DNA of 60,360 bases, filler included, from 4 parts of 4 records of this genome joined end to end with filler, not necessarily neighbours in it, one strand, 5' to 3'; counted from the first letter of the whole stretch, positions 30,754-42,032 are shown. Numbers and translations: made by a program. The notes: generated by a model from the sequence alone, not told the origin.

Positions 30754-31227
30754 TTAAATAAAATAACTCAATATCACTTTCTCATTTTTATATTTTATTA
30801 GAGATAAGTACATCTTTCCATCTTTTTTCTTTGTGATGGAGACACTATTATGAAGAGTATATGGAGTGGAGATATCCACATCACCTCCCTCTTTTACACT
30901 TTGAAGCTCAGTTAAAATATTCCCTAAAACTATATTTAAAGTCTCAGCTACATTTTCACTTGCTAACTCTTTTAAAGTCTCTTCTTGCATCTCTCCAAAA
31001 ATAAAGTTCTTAACCATCTCAAAAGCAAGCTTATTAGATACACTCATCCCAACCGTTCCTTTAAGTGATCCACTTAGAGAGATTAAAGTGGAGATATCTA
31101 AAAAATCTAACTGTTCAACCTCCAAAAGAGAAAACTCCTTTTCTACCCCATCCATCCCTAAATCATTATTTATATACTCAATAGTTCTTGTAGCTAGTTT
31201 TTCTAATAATTCTTTTGAAAGCTCCAT
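30754..31227 (-). CDS. cheX: CheX-like phosphatase
   Basis: ISLSGSLKGTV, AETLNIVLGN (ExxN motif), DISTP. AAGGA RBS before ATG 31227. Confidence 0.82.
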   Translation of the reverse strand: MELSKELLEKLATRTIEYINNDLGMDGVEKEFSLLEVEQLDFLDISTLISLSGSLKGTVGMSVSNKLAFEMVKNFIFGEMQEETLKELASENVAETLNIVLGNILTELQSVKEGGDVDISTPYTLHNSVSITKKKDGKMYLSLIKYKNEKVILSYFI

Positions 31228-31231
31228 TATC

Positions 31232-34123
31232 TTATCCTTCAAATGGTATAGTAAAAGTAAACTTTAAACCATGAGAGGGTTTATTTTCAATATCTAAATT
31301 TCCATTTAATTTTTTTAATTCACTCATGGTTGAAGCTAGTCCAATACCACGCCCAGAGATATCAGAAATCACTTCATTAGTACTAAAGCCCTCTTCAAAA
31401 AGTATCATCATAATAGCGTTATCATCCATATTTGCTAAAATCTCTTCAGTGTAAAGCTCCTTTTCTATAGCTTTTTGCCTTATTTGTTCAAGATCGATTC
31501 CAGCTCCATCATCACTAATGGTGACTACTAACTCTTTTTGGAGCTTTTTCACATTACAAGTGATCTTTCCATATTCACTTTTTTCTGATTCATATCTCTC
31601 TTCAAAAGGCTCTATCCCATGATCTACACAGTTTCTAAAGATATGTACAAGGGAGTTTAAAAATGGTTTATATCTATTTGAGATAAAGATATCATCATAT
31701 TCTAAGATAAGTGGTTCTATCTGTTTTTCCAATCGAATAGCCAATTGTTCTACTAGTTTTTTATATGGCTCTAAAAATACTTTTATATTATGATAGGTAA
31801 GCTTTTCAAGTTCGCTTGACAACTCTTTAAACTGATCACTCTGGCTTGTAAATGTTTCTATCTTATTAAGCACCTCTTGTGTTTTTGAAACAAATGGAGT
31901 ATCCCCTTGATTATATAACCTTTCATAATCAATCTCTAAAGGTTCTATATATTTATCAAGTTTTTTAGATAACTCTTCTACTAAAGTTTTATAAGGGTCT
32001 ATAAATACTTTTACATGATCATGGGTAAGTTGCTCTATATCTTTATACACCTCTTTAAACTTTTGATTCTCATCGATATAATGATCAATTTTGTGAATAA
32101 TCTCTTTGATACGCGTTATATCTATTGAGATATGGTTTTTATTCTCAAAATAATCTTCCCCTAAAACTGACTCTAAGATCAATATATCTTGTTCTAGCCA
32201 ATCTAACATAGTCTGTTTTGTCATATGTAAAACTTCTGGGACTATACTATTGTTTGCAATACTTTTATCTATATGGGTTTCAAACTCATGGAGTTTATTC
32301 ACCACAGTATACATCTCTTTTTGTGCAAAAAGTCCTTTAAAGGTATGTACTGAGTTTCTCAAAGCTTTTAAACTTTGAAGATTCTCAAAACTCTCAATTG
32401 ATTCTACAAAAGATTTATAATCCTCTTTTACTTCTAAAAACTGCTCCATAGTAGTCACAGTCTCTACAACCATTTTTAAGATCTGCTGCTCTTTTTTAAC
32501 CTTTTTGCTTAACTCTTTTTGTTTTGTAACATCTGTAAGTATCATCATATAAGTGGTTTCATCTAAAACCTTATACTCTGCTTCTATCTCTTTTCCATTA
32601 ATAATAAACTCTTTATCCAAAAGAGAGATCAATATCTCTTGCTTCATTGGATCATCTTTTAAGATACTTTTTAAAGTGCTCATCACAAAAAGTTGTTTTG
32701 CATTATCACCCTCGTATAAAAGCTGTGTGATCTTCTCCCCTGCAATCTCTTTTTGAAAAATATTTTTTGCTTCGATAGAGTACTTTTCACCTACTTTCAT
32801 ACTCTTATCAAAAGATAAAAAGCCCTGCCCTGCATTATTTAAAAGATTTTCAATATCTTTTGTTCTATGAGCTACTTTTTCTTCAAGTGTTCTTTGGTTT
32901 TGCTCAATTACTTTTGACATATTATATAAAGAATTTGAGAGACTATTGATCTCTACCATAAAAGAATCAATTTTTTCTACCTGTTCAAACTCCCCTTTTT
33001 CAATCTTTTGATTCTCTTTTTCAAGCTGTAAAATAGGCTTTACTATAAGACGAACTGTAAGATATACTAAAGGTAAAACTAAAAGAATAACTCCAGCGAT
33101 CATATATTTTAAGATGGTATATATCTTCTCTTCATACGGTTTCATCACAGTTTTTAGAGGAGAAAAGATCACAATATTTTCATCCAGATCATATTTTGAA
33201 GAGAGTTTTTGAGTAAACTTTAAATGTTTTTCACCATTTATCATCGTGACAACTTGTTTATCCATCTCTTTTATTTTACCGTTTAAGGTAAAAGTATCTT
33301 TATATCTTTGATCAAGATTCTCTATCTTTTTACTATTATTAAGATCATATTGGCCTAATACTGTCCCATCTTTTTTAAAGATATATGCTCCACTCCCTTT
33401 TACAAGATCTTCTGAGCGTAATAACTTCCCTAAGCTCTCCAAAGAGATATCTAACCCTATTACTGTATCAGATGTGGCTGAGAGTTTCTTTGCATAGGTT
33501 ACTCCTGTTTGTTGTAAAGAGCTAAAAATATATGGATCAGTTTTTATTGTTTCTTCTGTTTGTAAAGCTTTTTTATACCAAGGTCTTTGTGTTGGGCGAT
33601 ATTCAGTTGTCTCTTCATTGGTTTGTATGATTCGAAGATTTTCATCCAAAGCCTCCTCTATACGTAATATTTCATCCCCTTGAATCATATGATTAACTAC
33701 GAGCCATCTACTTTTTGGAGGAACTTTTAAAATAGCTTTTATATCATGGGAAACATATAAATTGATCACTTGATAAAACTGTTCATCCCCATATCCTATA
33801 TATACTCCATATGTCTGATTAGAGTTTTGGATATATTCTGTTATCACTTTTAATAAAGGATGTTGTTTTTCAAGTTCAGGTGGGACATTGACCTCTTCTA
33901 GATTTTTCAGCAGTGTGATAAAATTATCACTATTAGTATCATATTGTTTGATCTGGTTTATTATTTTATCTGAAATATTTTCAAAAGCTTTTTGTGTTGT
34001 CAAAAAAGCAAACTCTTGACTTGACTTATATTGAATTGCTATCACTGATAAAACTATTGTACTTACAATAATAACAAATGCACCCATAACAGAGGTTTTA
34101 ATTTTGACTAAAAAATGATTCAT
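31232..34123 (-). CDS. Membrane-bound CheA-like (class III) histidine kinase: dCache-HAMP-PAS-like-HPt-HATPase, no CheW domain
   Basis: TM, YRPTQRPWY Cache motif, TM, HAMP, NNAGQGFLSF, VHTFKG (HPt His), HIFRNCVDHGIE, DDGAGID, ISGRGIGL. Protein ends at FTFTIP with no P5/CheW domain. Confidence 0.85.
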   Translation of the reverse strand: MNHFLVKIKTSVMGAFVIIVSTIVLSVIAIQYKSSQEFAFLTTQKAFENISDKIINQIKQYDTNSDNFITLLKNLEEVNVPPELEKQHPLLKVITEYIQNSNQTYGVYIGYGDEQFYQVINLYVSHDIKAILKVPPKSRWLVVNHMIQGDEILRIEEALDENLRIIQTNEETTEYRPTQRPWYKKALQTEETIKTDPYIFSSLQQTGVTYAKKLSATSDTVIGLDISLESLGKLLRSEDLVKGSGAYIFKKDGTVLGQYDLNNSKKIENLDQRYKDTFTLNGKIKEMDKQVVTMINGEKHLKFTQKLSSKYDLDENIVIFSPLKTVMKPYEEKIYTILKYMIAGVILLVLPLVYLTVRLIVKPILQLEKENQKIEKGEFEQVEKIDSFMVEINSLSNSLYNMSKVIEQNQRTLEEKVAHRTKDIENLLNNAGQGFLSFDKSMKVGEKYSIEAKNIFQKEIAGEKITQLLYEGDNAKQLFVMSTLKSILKDDPMKQEILISLLDKEFIINGKEIEAEYKVLDETTYMMILTDVTKQKELSKKVKKEQQILKMVVETVTTMEQFLEVKEDYKSFVESIESFENLQSLKALRNSVHTFKGLFAQKEMYTVVNKLHEFETHIDKSIANNSIVPEVLHMTKQTMLDWLEQDILILESVLGEDYFENKNHISIDITRIKEIIHKIDHYIDENQKFKEVYKDIEQLTHDHVKVFIDPYKTLVEELSKKLDKYIEPLEIDYERLYNQGDTPFVSKTQEVLNKIETFTSQSDQFKELSSELEKLTYHNIKVFLEPYKKLVEQLAIRLEKQIEPLILEYDDIFISNRYKPFLNSLVHIFRNCVDHGIEPFEERYESEKSEYGKITCNVKKLQKELVVTISDDGAGIDLEQIRQKAIEKELYTEEILANMDDNAIMMILFEEGFSTNEVISDISGRGIGLASTMSELKKLNGNLDIENKPSHGLKFTFTIPFEG

Positions 34124-34210
34124 GATCTATCCATAAAAGTTAATTTTTCAATTATTTTACATTCTTTTAGATAAAAAAGATATTGTGTAGTAGATTTATT
34201 GAATAAAACT

Positions 34211-35044
34211 TTAACGAAAGATCTTCATCATTTTAGCAGTAATGTTATCATCTGTGTAGATCTTAGTATATTCTACTCCCCACTCTTTAAAGTTTTTAAA
34301 AAGCATTTGATCACTGAGTTTGATATTTTTTATATACTCTTTTATTGAGCCATCACTGATCACTCCATCAAACTGCTGCATATTTGATGGATCTACAAGA
34401 TTTACACTTCCTAAAGGTAAAGGGGTCTCTTCAAAATGGTCTCTTACAATCACTGCAATTACTTCATGTTTTTTTGCTATTAGTTTCAGATTTATCTTTT
34501 GAAATCCTAAAAAATCTCCTATTAGAAAAATAATAGATTTTTTACGTATCTTTTTAAATAGATCATCTGCCATATACTGATAATCTACACTTTTTCCTAA
34601 AGCATCATATGTATATAATCTTTGAGCCATCACCTCAACAGCATGGATATTTTTTGTTTTTTTAGTAAGCATCTCACAGGTTTCATTAGCAATAAAACTA
34701 CTATAGTTATCCCCTTGAGCTACACTACTATATCCAATAAGAGATGCTATTTGAGTAATGATCTCTTGTTTTGATACCTTTGTACCAAAACTCACACTTC
34801 CACCAAGTATTGAGACGATATTTATATCAAGCTCCCTTTGAGCATGAAAAACTTTTACATAGGGTTTTCCTATCTTTGCACTTATAACCCAGTCGATCTT
34901 TCTTACATCTTCCCCTGTTTCATATTCACGAAGTTCTACAAAATCATACCCCTCCCCTTTAAATTTGGAAGTATTATTTCCAATTCTTTGGGAAAAGATC
35001 GATTTTTTTGTTTTAATTAGTATCTTTTTAAGATTTTTATCCAA
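34211..35044 (-). CDS. DUF58 domain protein
   Basis: GEGYDFVELREYETGEDVRKIDWVISAK...PYVKVF. Confidence 0.9.
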   Translation of the reverse strand: MDKNLKKILIKTKKSIFSQRIGNNTSKFKGEGYDFVELREYETGEDVRKIDWVISAKIGKPYVKVFHAQRELDINIVSILGGSVSFGTKVSKQEIITQIASLIGYSSVAQGDNYSSFIANETCEMLTKKTKNIHAVEVMAQRLYTYDALGKSVDYQYMADDLFKKIRKKSIIFLIGDFLGFQKINLKLIAKKHEVIAVIVRDHFEETPLPLGSVNLVDPSNMQQFDGVISDGSIKEYIKNIKLSDQMLFKNFKEWGVEYTKIYTDDNITAKMMKIFR

Positions 35045-35049
35045 ACTAT

Positions 35050-36366
35050 TTACCTATGAATAATACGTTTAAACTCATACATAATCTCTTCTTCTCTTTG
35101 ATTAATGTACCGTAAAAGTGATGTTTCACCTGCTTTTTTCACATGAAGTATCACGACTACTTTATTAAAACTTTCTTGCTCATCTATTCGTAATATCTCA
35201 CACTGTGCAAAAACTTTCACAAATTTTTTCTCTTTGATCATCTTATTTGGAGCTCCTAGATCAAACCCTAAGGTAAGATCAAAGCTATCCCCTTTTTTAA
35301 GACTAACCTCTTTATTACTTGTGATAAGTTCGGCTGATTTAAAAGAGAGATACTCTACAGAGAATTCCACAAGCTTTTTTTGCATATAGATACTTGCTTT
35401 ACAGCTTTTATCTGCTTTAAATCTATTATAGTTTTTATCTCTTTGTTTATAGTCTAAAAATCTAGGCTGAGTTAATTTTAAACTCCCATTTTTAAGATTT
35501 ATCTGTTCAAGAACTGCATAGATATATTTATTCTCTTCTGTCCGTAAAATCACAAAACTCTCGTATTTTGCTGCAATAATTTGAGTCAGTCCAACTTTCA
35601 CTTCGAAGTAATCTTCATAGACTGATACTATCTCCCCAAAGTTTTGAACAGACACCCCTTTATAGCTATTAAAAAACTCAACTAAGGCTTTTCCCCCCAT
35701 CAAAGTTTCTATAAATTCAAAACAAAGCTTTTGAGGAGTTTTTGGCACCACTTTAGGTTCCTCTTTTTTGACAGGCTCAGCTTTTTTTTCTATTACCTTT
35801 TTAGGAGTTTCCAGTGTTTGTTTTTTAGGTGCTTCTACTTCTTTTTTTTCTACTTTTTTAACCTCTTTTTTATCCACTGGCTTTTTAATAGGTTCTTTTT
35901 TTATTTCTTGTTTAACTACCGTTTTTTTAAGAGTAGGAGTAGTTTTTACTACAGGAGGTTTTTTTATAATTGCAGGAGGTAAAAGTCCAATGAGGATACT
36001 AGCAAGATTTTGAAACTGTACAGGCTTTAATAACATCTTAGCCAATCCCATATCTAAAGTCTGTAAAAGCTCATAATCATCACTCTTTTCACTTATTGTA
36101 ATGATCACAACATCTGATCTTAAAGATTGAATATCATCAATAAATTCTATAGGATCTTTTCCATCAAGATCTAACTCCATAAGCACAACACTTGGTTTAT
36201 ACTTTTGAAACTTTTCAAATCCATCTTCACCATTAATAGCAAGATATAGCTTTTTAAAGGTTTTTTGAAGATATACTCCAAAACTTTTTTGAAGCTTTTC
36301 ATCACTTTCAATATACAATATCTCTTTGTCTGCACCTACTTTTTGTAACTCAACTAAACTACTCAT
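35050..36366 (-). CDS. Atypical receiver domain + Lys/Pro/Glu-rich linker + PilZ-like C-terminal region
   Basis: LYIESD...VLMELDL...LLKP receiver fold, low-complexity linker, and a beta-rich C-terminus ending YINQREEEIMYEFK. The PilZ call is tentative. Confidence 0.6.
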   Translation of the reverse strand: MSSLVELQKVGADKEILYIESDEKLQKSFGVYLQKTFKKLYLAINGEDGFEKFQKYKPSVVLMELDLDGKDPIEFIDDIQSLRSDVVIITISEKSDDYELLQTLDMGLAKMLLKPVQFQNLASILIGLLPPAIIKKPPVVKTTPTLKKTVVKQEIKKEPIKKPVDKKEVKKVEKKEVEAPKKQTLETPKKVIEKKAEPVKKEEPKVVPKTPQKLCFEFIETLMGGKALVEFFNSYKGVSVQNFGEIVSVYEDYFEVKVGLTQIIAAKYESFVILRTEENKYIYAVLEQINLKNGSLKLTQPRFLDYKQRDKNYNRFKADKSCKASIYMQKKLVEFSVEYLSFKSAELITSNKEVSLKKGDSFDLTLGFDLGAPNKMIKEKKFVKVFAQCEILRIDEQESFNKVVVILHVKKAGETSLLRYINQREEEIMYEFKRIIHR

Positions 36367-36490
36367 TTTATCCCACGCTAATTATTTATATAAAAGGAAG
36401 AATAATACAATTTGTATAAAGCTTTCCTTTATCTACGAGTTTAAGAATTTATTAGATAAAATTTTAAAAATAACAAGAAAGGTAATTGCC

Positions 36491-36718
36491 ATGTTTCACG
36501 AATATAGAGAAATTGTAACTGAATTGAAAACAACAAATGCTCATTTTAAAAAGATCTTTGAAGAGCATAATGAGCTTCATGATAAAATCGAAAAAGCTGA
36601 AGAGGGTGGAGTACATCATATCGACTCAGTAGAGATAGAGAAATTAAAAAAACAAAAGCTAAAACTTAAAGATGAAGCATACGCTATGATCATGGACTAC
36701 AAACAAAAAAATAGTTAA
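36491..36718 (+). CDS. YdcH/DUF465 family protein
   Basis: MFHEYRE...NAHFKKIFEEHNEL...LKKQKLKLKDE. AAAGG RBS. Confidence 0.88.
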   Translation: MFHEYREIVTELKTTNAHFKKIFEEHNELHDKIEKAEEGGVHHIDSVEIEKLKKQKLKLKDEAYAMIMDYKQKNS

Positions 36719-36738
36719 AACAAACTACAAAAAACTCT

Positions 36739-36768
36739 CAAGGCTAAGGCAATCCCTTAGCCTTTTTT
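36739..36768 (+). terminator. Terminator after DUF465 gene
   Basis: AAGGCTAAGG-CAATC-CCTTAGCCTT followed by a T tract. Confidence 0.8.
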
Positions 36769-36826
36769 ATTATTAAGTAAGAGTTAGATAAAATATCCCA
36801 ATTTAATAAAAAGGTACTAAGAACAT

Positions 36827-39364
36827 ATGGAAAATCTTTTCGAATCACAAGATATCATCGATATAAATATTGAAGACTCTATAAAAGCCTCATATTTAGA
36901 TTACTCTATGAGCGTTATTATAGGTCGTGCCTTGCCTGATGCAAGGGATGGACTAAAACCAGTTCATAGAAGAATCCTCTATGCTATGCATGATCTAAAT
37001 ATGAGTTCACGAACCCCTTACAAAAAATCTGCAAGGATCGTAGGAGATGTGATCGGTAAATATCACCCACATGGAGATACATCAGTTTATGACGCCCTTG
37101 TTCGTATGGCACAAGATTTTGCTATGAGAATGCCACTTGTTGATGGACAAGGAAACTTTGGATCAGTAGATGGTGATAATGCTGCTGCTATGAGGTATAC
37201 AGAAGCTAGGATGACACGACTTAGTGAAGACCTTTTAAGAGATATTGATAAAGATACGGTCAACTATGTACCAACATATGATGATACAGGGAAAGAACCA
37301 TCAGTTCTTCCTACTCGGATGCCAACACTTTTAGTAAATGGTAGTGAAGGTATTGCCGTTGGTATGGCTACAAAAATTCCACCTCATAATCCTACAGAAG
37401 TGATGAATGCTTTGGTTCACCTTATCGATAATCCAGGAGCTGATGCAACTGAACTTATGGAGTTTATCCAAGGACCAGACTTCCCTACAGGAGCTACGAT
37501 CTTTGGAAGACAAGGGTTTACTGATGCTTATAAAACAGGTCGTGGAAAAGTTAAAATCAGAGCAAAACACCACACTGAGACTAAAGGAAAAAAAGAGATC
37601 ATCGTAATCGATGAGCTTCCTTACCAAGTAAATAAAGCAAAACTTATTGAGCAGATCGCAAACCTTTCAAAAGATAAGCAAATAGATGGGATCTCTGAGG
37701 TAAGAGATGAGTCTGATAGAGAGGGGACAAGAGTTGTCATTGAATTGAAAAAAGATGCTATGAGTGAGATTATTTTAAATAACCTTTATAAGCAAACTCC
37801 ACTTCAAACAACATTTGGAATTATCCTTTTAGCTGTTCATAATAAAGAGCCTAAAATATTTACACTCCCTGAGATTTTAAATACCTTTTTAACTCATAGA
37901 AAAACTGTAATTATTCGAAGAACTATTTTTGATCTAGAAAAAGCAAAAGCTAGAGCTCATATCTTAGAGGGATTAAAAATTGCTGTTGATAATATCGATG
38001 AAGTGGTAAAGATCATTCGAGCAAGTGAAAATGATGCAGATGCAAATGAGAAACTTTGTGCGACCTTTGAGCTTACAGAGATCCAAGCAAAAGCTATTTT
38101 AGATATGAGACTAGGTCGACTTACTGGTCTTCAGATTCAAAAGCTTGAAGAGGAGTTAAGAGCACTATTAGAACTTATCGAAGAGTTAGAATCTATTTTA
38201 AGATCTGAAGAGAAGTTAAACGCGCTGATCAAAGAAGAGCTTATCGAGACAAAAGAGAAATATGATGAGCCAAGACGAACTGAGATCGAAGATAGTTACG
38301 ATGATATTGATATCGAAGATCTTATTCCTAATGAGCCTATGGTAGTCACTATCACACATAATGGGTATGTAAAAAGAGTACCAATCAAAGCTTATGAGAT
38401 GCAAAGACGTGGAGGAAAAGGAAAAGTTGCTGTAACGACTCACGATGATGACTTTATTGAAAGATTCTTTGTATCAAATACTCATGATACTCTTATGTTT
38501 GTTACAAATCTTGGACAATTATACTGGCTAAAAGTATATAGAATCCCTGAGGGTGCAAGAACAGCAAAAGGGAAAGCAGTTGTAAATTTAATCGATCTAA
38601 AAGCAGATGAGAAGATTATGGCAATTATCCCTACAACAGATTTTGAGCCAAATAAATCTTTAGCATTCTTTACAAAAAATGGTATTATTAAAAGAACAGC
38701 TTTAGATGAATTTAGTAATATTAGAAGTAATGGGGTAAGAGCGATTGTACTTGATGATGATGATGAGATTGTAACAGCTCAGATCACACTTCCTGAATCA
38801 CAGTTCTTGATGATCTTTACTGCCTTTGGTCAAGTTATCAGATTTGAGCTTGAAAAAACAAGAACTCAAGGTAGAAGTACTAGAGGGGTTCGAGGTATTA
38901 AATTTAAAGCTGAGAATGATTATGTAGTAGATGCAGAAGTGATCGAACATGAACAGCAAGAACTTCTTACAGTAAGTGAGAAAGGTGTTGGGAAACGAAC
39001 AGAAGTTGAAGCATATAGACTTACAAATAGAGCTGGTTCTGGAGTTGCCTCTATGAAACTTAGTCCTAAGACTGGAAAAACTGTTGTAGGAAATGTGATC
39101 GTTGATGAAGATCAAGACCTTATGGCACTTACATCTATCGGTAAAATGATTAGAGTAGATATGCAAACAATTAGAAAAGCTGGTAGAAATACAAGTGGTG
39201 TAACAATTGTAAATGTAGACAAAGAAGACAAAGTTGTAAGTATCGCAAAATGTCCTAAAGAAAAAGATGATGAACTAGATATCCAAAATGCTGATGATAT
39301 GGCTGGGATCGATCTAGAAGAGAGAAACTTACTTGATACAAATGATAATGGAGATGATAAATAA
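36827..39364 (+). CDS. gyrA: DNA gyrase subunit A
   Basis: [34 protein letters not shown], GyrA box QRRGGKG. Confidence 0.98.
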   Translation: MENLFESQDIIDINIEDSIKASYLDYSMSVIIGRALPDARDGLKPVHRRILYAMHDLNMSSRTPYKKSARIVGDVIGKYHPHGDTSVYDALVRMAQDFAMRMPLVDGQGNFGSVDGDNAAAMRYTEARMTRLSEDLLRDIDKDTVNYVPTYDDTGKEPSVLPTRMPTLLVNGSEGIAVGMATKIPPHNPTEVMNALVHLIDNPGADATELMEFIQGPDFPTGATIFGRQGFTDAYKTGRGKVKIRAKHHTETKGKKEIIVIDELPYQVNKAKLIEQIANLSKDKQIDGISEVRDESDREGTRVVIELKKDAMSEIILNNLYKQTPLQTTFGIILLAVHNKEPKIFTLPEILNTFLTHRKTVIIRRTIFDLEKAKARAHILEGLKIAVDNIDEVVKIIRASENDADANEKLCATFELTEIQAKAILDMRLGRLTGLQIQKLEEELRALLELIEELESILRSEEKLNALIKEELIETKEKYDEPRRTEIEDSYDDIDIEDLIPNEPMVVTITHNGYVKRVPIKAYEMQRRGGKGKVAVTTHDDDFIERFFVSNTHDTLMFVTNLGQLYWLKVYRIPEGARTAKGKAVVNLIDLKADEKIMAIIPTTDFEPNKSLAFFTKNGIIKRTALDEFSNIRSNGVRAIVLDDDDEIVTAQITLPESQFLMIFTAFGQVIRFELEKTRTQGRSTRGVRGIKFKAENDYVVDAEVIEHEQQELLTVSEKGVGKRTEVEAYRLTNRAGSGVASMKLSPKTGKTVVGNVIVDEDQDLMALTSIGKMIRVDMQTIRKAGRNTSGVTIVNVDKEDKVVSIAKCPKEKDDELDIQNADDMAGIDLEERNLLDTNDNGDDK

Positions 39365-40407
39365 TGGGAGCAAAATATAACGTAGCGGTTGTAGGAGCAA
39401 CAGGAGCTGTTGGTGAAGAACTTTTTAAAGTGATGGAAGAGATGAACTTTCCTGTAGGAGAGCTTCTTCCACTAGCGAGTGCTAATAGTGCAGGATCAAA
39501 AATAGAGTTTCAAGGGAAAGAACATACTGTAGTAGAGCTTACTGATACAGTTTTTAGTGAACATGAAGTGGATATTGCATTTTTTAGTGCAGGTGGAAGT
39601 ATCTCTGAAAAGTTTGCAAAATATGCCGTTGAAAGTGGTGCTGTGGTAATTGACAATACAAGTCACTTTAGAATGGAAGCAAATGTACCTTTAGTAGTGC
39701 CTGAAGTAAACCCTGAAGATATTGAATTATGGAAAGAAACAGGAATTATTGCTAATCCAAACTGTTCAACTATCCAAATGGTACTTGCACTTAAACCACT
39801 TGATGATCTATACGGAATCAAAAGAGTTGATGTAAGTACATACCAAGCGACTTCAGGAGCTGGAAAAGCTGGAATGGAAGAGCTTGTTATGCAGATGCAA
39901 GACTTTTTTGCTTTTAAGCTTGATGAATCAAAAAAAGAAGCATTTCTTCATCAAATTGCTCTTAATGTAATCCCACAAATTGATGTTCCTCAACCTAATG
40001 GATTTACAAAAGAAGAGATGAAAATGGTGAATGAAACTCAAAAAATTATGAAAAAACAGATGGCAATCGCTGCAACTTGTGTAAGAGTTCCAGTACTTAG
40101 ATCTCATAGTGAAGCGATTACTGTTAGATTTGAAGAGGGTGTTGTAGTAGATATTGATAAAGCAAGAGAAGCAATGAACAACTTTGAAAATGTAGAAGTG
40201 ATAGATGATATTGAAAATGGAGTTTATCCAATGCCAATCATCTCAACAGATACAGATATCACATATGTTGGAAGAATAAGAAAAGATATCTATGAAGAGA
40301 ATGTAATTCATATGTTCAATGCAGCAGATCAAGTAAGAGTTGGAGCTGCAACTAATGCAGTAAGAATTGGATTTAAATGGATAGAGTTACAACAAGAGGG
40401 TCTTTAA
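39364..40407 (+). CDS. asd: Aspartate-semialdehyde dehydrogenase
   Basis: VVGATGAVG, ANPNCSTIQM, TCVRVPVLRSHSE, GAATNAV. Confidence 0.97.
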   Translation: MGAKYNVAVVGATGAVGEELFKVMEEMNFPVGELLPLASANSAGSKIEFQGKEHTVVELTDTVFSEHEVDIAFFSAGGSISEKFAKYAVESGAVVIDNTSHFRMEANVPLVVPEVNPEDIELWKETGIIANPNCSTIQMVLALKPLDDLYGIKRVDVSTYQATSGAGKAGMEELVMQMQDFFAFKLDESKKEAFLHQIALNVIPQIDVPQPNGFTKEEMKMVNETQKIMKKQMAIAATCVRVPVLRSHSEAITVRFEEGVVVDIDKAREAMNNFENVEVIDDIENGVYPMPIISTDTDITYVGRIRKDIYEENVIHMFNAADQVRVGAATNAVRIGFKWIELQQEGL

Positions 40408-40408
40408 G

Positions 40409-40948
40409 ATGTTAGAACGACTATTTGAAGGAGCAATTTGGAGGAGTAGATTTGTAGTTCTACTTGCCGTTATTTTTGGACTATTAGGAGCTTTTGTACT
40501 CTTTATTGTTGCTTCTATGGATATCTGGGGAGTTACAGTTTATACTTATCAAACAATTATAACTCACGCACACCCTGAACATTTTCATGAAGATATAGTT
40601 GCAGGGATCATTGGTGCTGTGGATCTATATTTGATAGCTGTTGTTATGTTTATCTTTGCTTTTGGTATCTATGAGCTTTTTATCAGCGAAATAGATGAAG
40701 CAGCAGGAGAACAAAGTAGTAAAATCCTTGCTATCCATTCACTTGATCAATTAAAAGATAAGATTGCAAAAGTTATTGTGATGGTTTTAGTAGTAAACTT
40801 TTTCCAAAGAGTATTACATACAGAATTTAAAACACCTTTAGAGATGCTATATTTTGCACTTGCAATTGCCGCTCTTGCAATTGGACTATACTTTTTAGGT
40901 ATGGTTGGAAAAAAAGAGAAAAAAGAAAAACCTGAGGAAATAAAATAA
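40409..40948 (+). CDS. yqhA: YqhA/UPF0114 family membrane protein
   Basis: [23 protein letters not shown]...[19 protein letters not shown]. Confidence 0.85.
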   Translation: MLERLFEGAIWRSRFVVLLAVIFGLLGAFVLFIVASMDIWGVTVYTYQTIITHAHPEHFHEDIVAGIIGAVDLYLIAVVMFIFAFGIYELFISEIDEAAGEQSSKILAIHSLDQLKDKIAKVIVMVLVVNFFQRVLHTEFKTPLEMLYFALAIAALAIGLYFLGMVGKKEKKEKPEEIK

Positions 40949-41757
40949 TGGGAAAAATATTTGTAGATGCATGTCTTGGAAAAGAGACTCCTTATACTCC
41001 AGTATGGATGATGAGACAAGCTGGTCGTTACTTACCTGAATATATGGCTGTAAGAGCTGAAGCAGGAAGTTTTTTAAACCTATGTCATAACCCTGAAAAA
41101 GCAGCAGAAGTTACAATCCAACCACTTGATATCGTAGGAGTTGATGCAGCTATTTTATTTAGTGATATTTTAGTGATCCCTGATGAGATGGGAATGGATC
41201 TATCTTTTATAAAAGGGGAAGGTCCAAAGTTTGCAGATCCTATTAAAACTGAAGAAGACTTAGATAGACTAATTGGCGGTAGAGAAGCTGCTAGAAAACT
41301 TGACTACGTATATGATACTATCAAACTTTTAAGAGAACAACTTGATTCTCGTGGTGATGATAAAGCACTTATAGGTTTTACTGGAGCTCCATGGACACTT
41401 GCTACATATATGATCGAAGGGCAAGGAACAAAGACATACAATGTATGTAAAAAAATGATGTACTCTAATCCTGATCTTTTACACAAGATCTTAAGAAAAG
41501 TAACAGATGTAGTAAAACTCTATATGGAAAAACAGATCGAATCTGGTATTGATGTAGTACAGATCTTTGATAGCTGGGCAGCAGCAATTGAGCCAAGTAA
41601 ATACAATGAATTCTCATGGCAATATATGGTTGAAATAGCTGATTATCTAAAATCAAGATATCCAGATATCCCTATTATTATGTTCCCTAAAGGGGTAGCA
41701 TCATTTATCGAACAAGGTCTAGTCTATGGAAACTTTGATGTATTTGGTGTAGATTGG
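40948..41757 (+). CDS. hemE: Uroporphyrinogen decarboxylase (truncated by contig end)
   Basis: [40 protein letters not shown]. Confidence 0.97.
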
Positions 41758-41857
41758 NNNNNNNNNNNNNNNNNNNNNNNNNNNNNNNNNNNNNNNNNNN
41801 NTTAATTAATTAANNNNNNNNNNNNNNNNNNNNNNNNNNNNNNNNNNNNNNNNNNNN
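41758..41857. other. Artificial contig linker
   Basis: N44-TTAATTAATTAA-N44. Confidence 0.98.
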
Positions 41858-41903
41858 CACGGGGATTTTCAGTCCCCTGCTCTACCGGCTGAGCTATCTC
41901 GGC
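41858..41903 (-). tRNA. tRNA-Phe (GAA), 5' portion, truncated by contig edge
   Basis: Minus strand reads GCCGAGATAGCTCAGCCGGTAGAGCA-GGGGA-CTGAAAA-TCCCC-GTG. Upstream TTGACC-N17-TATATT promoter (41945-41917). Confidence 0.9.
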
Positions 41904-42032
41904 AACAGATTTGCGCAATATAGCGCCTAGGAAAGATTCGGTCAAGCATAAATTTCCAATAAATGACGTTATTCAACCAAATTGCCGTTTTCCATATTAT
42001 TTTTCCCATACCATTTTCAGGAACATTAACAA

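Noticed and set aside
25774-34123. Apparent chemotaxis cluster joining the MCP with the downstream kinases, CheX and CheY
   Set aside because: The MCP and the kinase cluster lie on different contigs separated by an artificial linker and differ in base composition.
37079-37093. GyrA Thr85 instead of Ser in the quinolone-resistance region
   Set aside because: Thr at this position is wild type in Campylobacterota, and Asp89 is intact.
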